Source: Candidatus Hydrogenedentota bacterium
GTDB lineage: Bacteria; Hydrogenedentota; Hydrogenedentia; Hydrogenedentales; CAITNO01
Assembly: GCA_019455225.1 (NCBI GenBank)
Contig: JACFMU010000010.1
Span: 975-64,974, forward strand
DNA length: 64,000 nucleotides
Direction: 5' to 3'
Position numbers and translations under genes: made by a program. A model generated the notes under the pieces. The model searched no databases and was not told the DNA's origin. It saw only the letters and a program-made list of their open reading frames with translations. This document shows, one piece after another, positions 61,907 to 64,000 of the stretch. Numbering within the stretch: position 1 is the stretch's first letter; the number at the start of each line of letters is the position of its first letter.

Positions 61907-64000
61907 ATGCTGTTTGACCTTGACATGATTCAGGCGGTGTACGCGCGGATGGCGGGACGTGTGGCGGCGGCGCGGGAGGTTGTCGGGCGCCCCCTGACAC
62001 TGGCGGAGAAAATCCTGTACGCGCACCTGTGGGACGGAACGCCGGACCGCGCCTTTGCCCGCGGGGTGGATTATGTGGACTTCGCCCCGGACCGGGTGGC
62101 CATGCAGGACGCCACGGCGCAGATGGCGCTGCTCCAGTTCATGTCGGCGGGACGCGCCCGCGCGGCCGTGCCCAGCACGGTCCACTGCGACCACCTGATC
62201 CAGGCGAAAACGGGCGCGGCGGCGGACCTGGCCGAGGCGGTCACGGCGAACAAAGAGGTCTACGATTTCCTCGCCTCCGTGTCGAACAAGTACGGCATCG
62301 GCTTCTGGAAGCCCGGCGCGGGCATCATCCACCAGGTGGTCCTGGAAAACTACGCCTTCCCCGGCGGCATGATGATCGGCACCGACTCGCACACACCGAA
62401 CGCGGGCGGCCTGGGCATGGTGGCCATCGGCGTGGGCGGCGCGGACGCCGTGGACGTGATGGCGGGCATGGCCTGGGAACTGAAGTTCCCGAAGCTCATC
62501 GGCGTGAAACTGACGGGCAAGTTAAGCGGCTGGGCCTCGCCCAAGGACATCATCCTGAAGGTCGCGGGCATCCTCACCGTGAAGGGCGGCACGGGCGCCA
62601 TTGTCGAGTATTTCGGCGGGGGCTCCGAGGCCATGTCCTGCACGGGCAAGGGGACCGTCTGCAACATGGGCGCGGAAATCGGCGCCACCACCTCGCTCTT
62701 CGCCTTTGACGAGTCCATGGTCCGCTACCTGGAGTCCACGGGCCGCGCCGACGTGGCCGCGGCGGCGAAGGCCGCGGCGGACTGTCTGCGCCCCGACCCG
62801 GAGGTCTACGCGGACCCGGCGGCCTATTACGACCAGTTGATCGAGATCAACCTCAGCGAACTGGAGCCGCTGCTGAACGGGCCGTTCACGCCCGACCTGG
62901 CCACGCCCGTGTCGAAAATGCGCGCCGTGATGGCGGAGAAGGGCTGGCCCGAAAAGGTCGAGGTCGCCCTCATCGGCTCCTGCACCAACTCCTCCTACGA
63001 GGACATGGCCCGCTGCGCCTCCATCGCGCGCCAGGCGAAAGAGAAGAACATCGAGGCGAAGGCCGAGTTCACCATCACCCCCGGCTCGGAACTGGTCCGC
63101 CACACCCTGGAGAAGGACGGACTGCTGGAGGACTTCGCGGGCATCGGCGGCGTGGTCCTGGCGAACGCCTGCGGGCCCTGCATCGGCCAGTGGGCGCGCC
63201 ACCGCTCCGGCCCGGCGGACGAGCCGAACACCATTGTCACCTCCTTCAACCGGAATTTCGCCAAGCGCAACGACGGCAACCCGAAGACCCACGCCTTTGT
63301 GGCCTCGCCGGAGATGGTGACGGCCCTGGCGCTCTCGGGCGACCTGGGCTTCAACCCCGCCGTGGACGCCCTGCTGAACCGCGACGGCGTGCCGGTGAAA
63401 CTGGACCCGCCCGCGGGGGACGAGCTGCCCCGCAACGGCTTCTCCTGTGACGACCCGGGCTACCAGGCGCCCGCCGAGGACGGAAGCGGCGTCGCCGTGA
63501 TTGTCCGCCCCGACTCGGACCGCCTCCAGCTCCTGGAGCCCTTCGCCGCGAACGCGGGCGACCTGCGCGGGCTGAAACTGCTCCTGAAGGCCAAGGGCAA
63601 ATGCACCACGGACCACATCTCCATGGCCGGGCCGTGGCTGAAGTACCGGGGCCACCTGGACAACATCTCGAACAACTGCTTCATCGGTGCCATCAACGCC
63701 TTCAACGACAAGGCGAACACCGTGAAGAACCCCGTCACCGGCGAATACGGCGAGGTGCCCGCCACGGCCCGCGCCTGCAAGGCGGCGGGGATTGGCACGG
63801 TGGTCGTGGGCGACGAGAACTACGGCGAGGGCTCCTCGCGCGAGCACGCCGCCATGGAGCCGCGCCACCTCGGCGTGCGGGCTGTGCTGGTCCGCAGTTT
63901 CGCCCGCATCCACGAGACGAACCTGAAGAAGCAGGGCATGCTCGCCGTCACCTTCGCGAACCCGGCGGACTACGACAGGATTCAGGAGGACGACACCATT
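61907..64000 (+). CDS. Aconitate hydratase (mitochondrial-type aconitase), 3' end outside window
   Basis: The motifs [33 protein letters not shown] and SFNRNF are canonical aconitase cluster-ligand and active-site motifs. AAGGAG RBS. It is not in the ORF track because no stop occurs before the window ends. Confidence 0.85.
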   Translation, partial: MLFDLDMIQAVYARMAGRVAAAREVVGRPLTLAEKILYAHLWDGTPDRAFARGVDYVDFAPDRVAMQDATAQMALLQFMSAGRARAAVPSTVHCDHLIQAKTGAAADLAEAVTANKEVYDFLASVSNKYGIGFWKPGAGIIHQVVLENYAFPGGMMIGTDSHTPNAGGLGMVAIGVGGADAVDVMAGMAWELKFPKLIGVKLTGKLSGWASPKDIILKVAGILTVKGGTGAIVEYFGGGSEAMSCTGKGTVCNMGAEIGATTSLFAFDESMVRYLESTGRADVAAAAKAAADCLRPDPEVYADPAAYYDQLIEINLSELEPLLNGPFTPDLATPVSKMRAVMAEKGWPEKVEVALIGSCTNSSYEDMARCASIARQAKEKNIEAKAEFTITPGSELVRHTLEKDGLLEDFAGIGGVVLANACGPCIGQWARHRSGPADEPNTIVTSFNRNFAKRNDGNPKTHAFVASPEMVTALALSGDLGFNPAVDALLNRDGVPVKLDPPAGDELPRNGFSCDDPGYQAPAEDGSGVAVIVRPDSDRLQLLEPFAANAGDLRGLKLLLKAKGKCTTDHISMAGPWLKYRGHLDNISNNCFIGAINAFNDKANTVKNPVTGEYGEVPATARACKAAGIGTVVVGDENYGEGSSREHAAMEPRHLGVRAVLVRSFARIHETNLKKQGMLAVTFANPADYDRIQEDDTI

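Noticed and set aside
62522-63913. 463-aa minus-strand ORF (and other small ORFs from 62029 onward)
   Set aside because: Antisense to a canonical aconitase reading frame that carries all cluster-ligand motifs.

Overview
High-GC (visually about 65-70% G+C) bacterial chromosomal segment. The gene content suggests a Planctomycetota-like organism. The evidence is a prepilin-type/DUF1559 H-X9-DG protein, many Tat-exported enzymes, and an anammox-style Rieske/cytochrome b complex. The window has four blocks. (1) 1-10.9 kb is a co-directional respiratory gene string. It holds a GltD-like NAD(P)H/FAD/[4Fe-4S] subunit, a Rieske protein, a fused cytochrome b6/subunit IV, a hexaheme cytochrome c, and a periplasmic (Tat) NarG/NxrA-type molybdoenzyme with beta, gamma and chaperone subunits. 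(2) 10.9-17 kb is a molybdenum-cofactor block: a MOT1-like transporter, a MobB-MobA fusion, MoaC, a MOSC-MogA fusion, MoaA and MoeA. (3) 24-39 kb is an accessory region saturated with a ~27-bp hairpin repeat, GGGAACGCCAATCTCC(C/T)GATTGGC plus its inverse, in at least 25 copies. The repeats are frequently arranged as inverted pairs (REPIN-like). They surround and sit in-frame inside a type I restriction-modification (R-M) operon (hsdM-hsdS-hsdR) that carries a REP-associated tyrosine transposase (RAYT) gene between hsdS and hsdR. (4) 39-64 kb is housekeeping and hydrolase genes (LolDE-like ABC, GH29 fucosidase, a low-GC type II R-M island next to recF/DUF721, ClpS/ClpA, Nudix, GDPD, an epimerase, Gfo/Idh/MocA, a C45-like lipoprotein, a partial aconitase). 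Other signals are a recurring 9-bp-periodic TGGACRG array at six intergenic sites and a ~200-bp element with 32-bp terminal inverted repeats. Many long ORFs in the six-frame track are antisense artefacts of the high GC content. Hand-indexed coordinates may be off by 1-2 bp.
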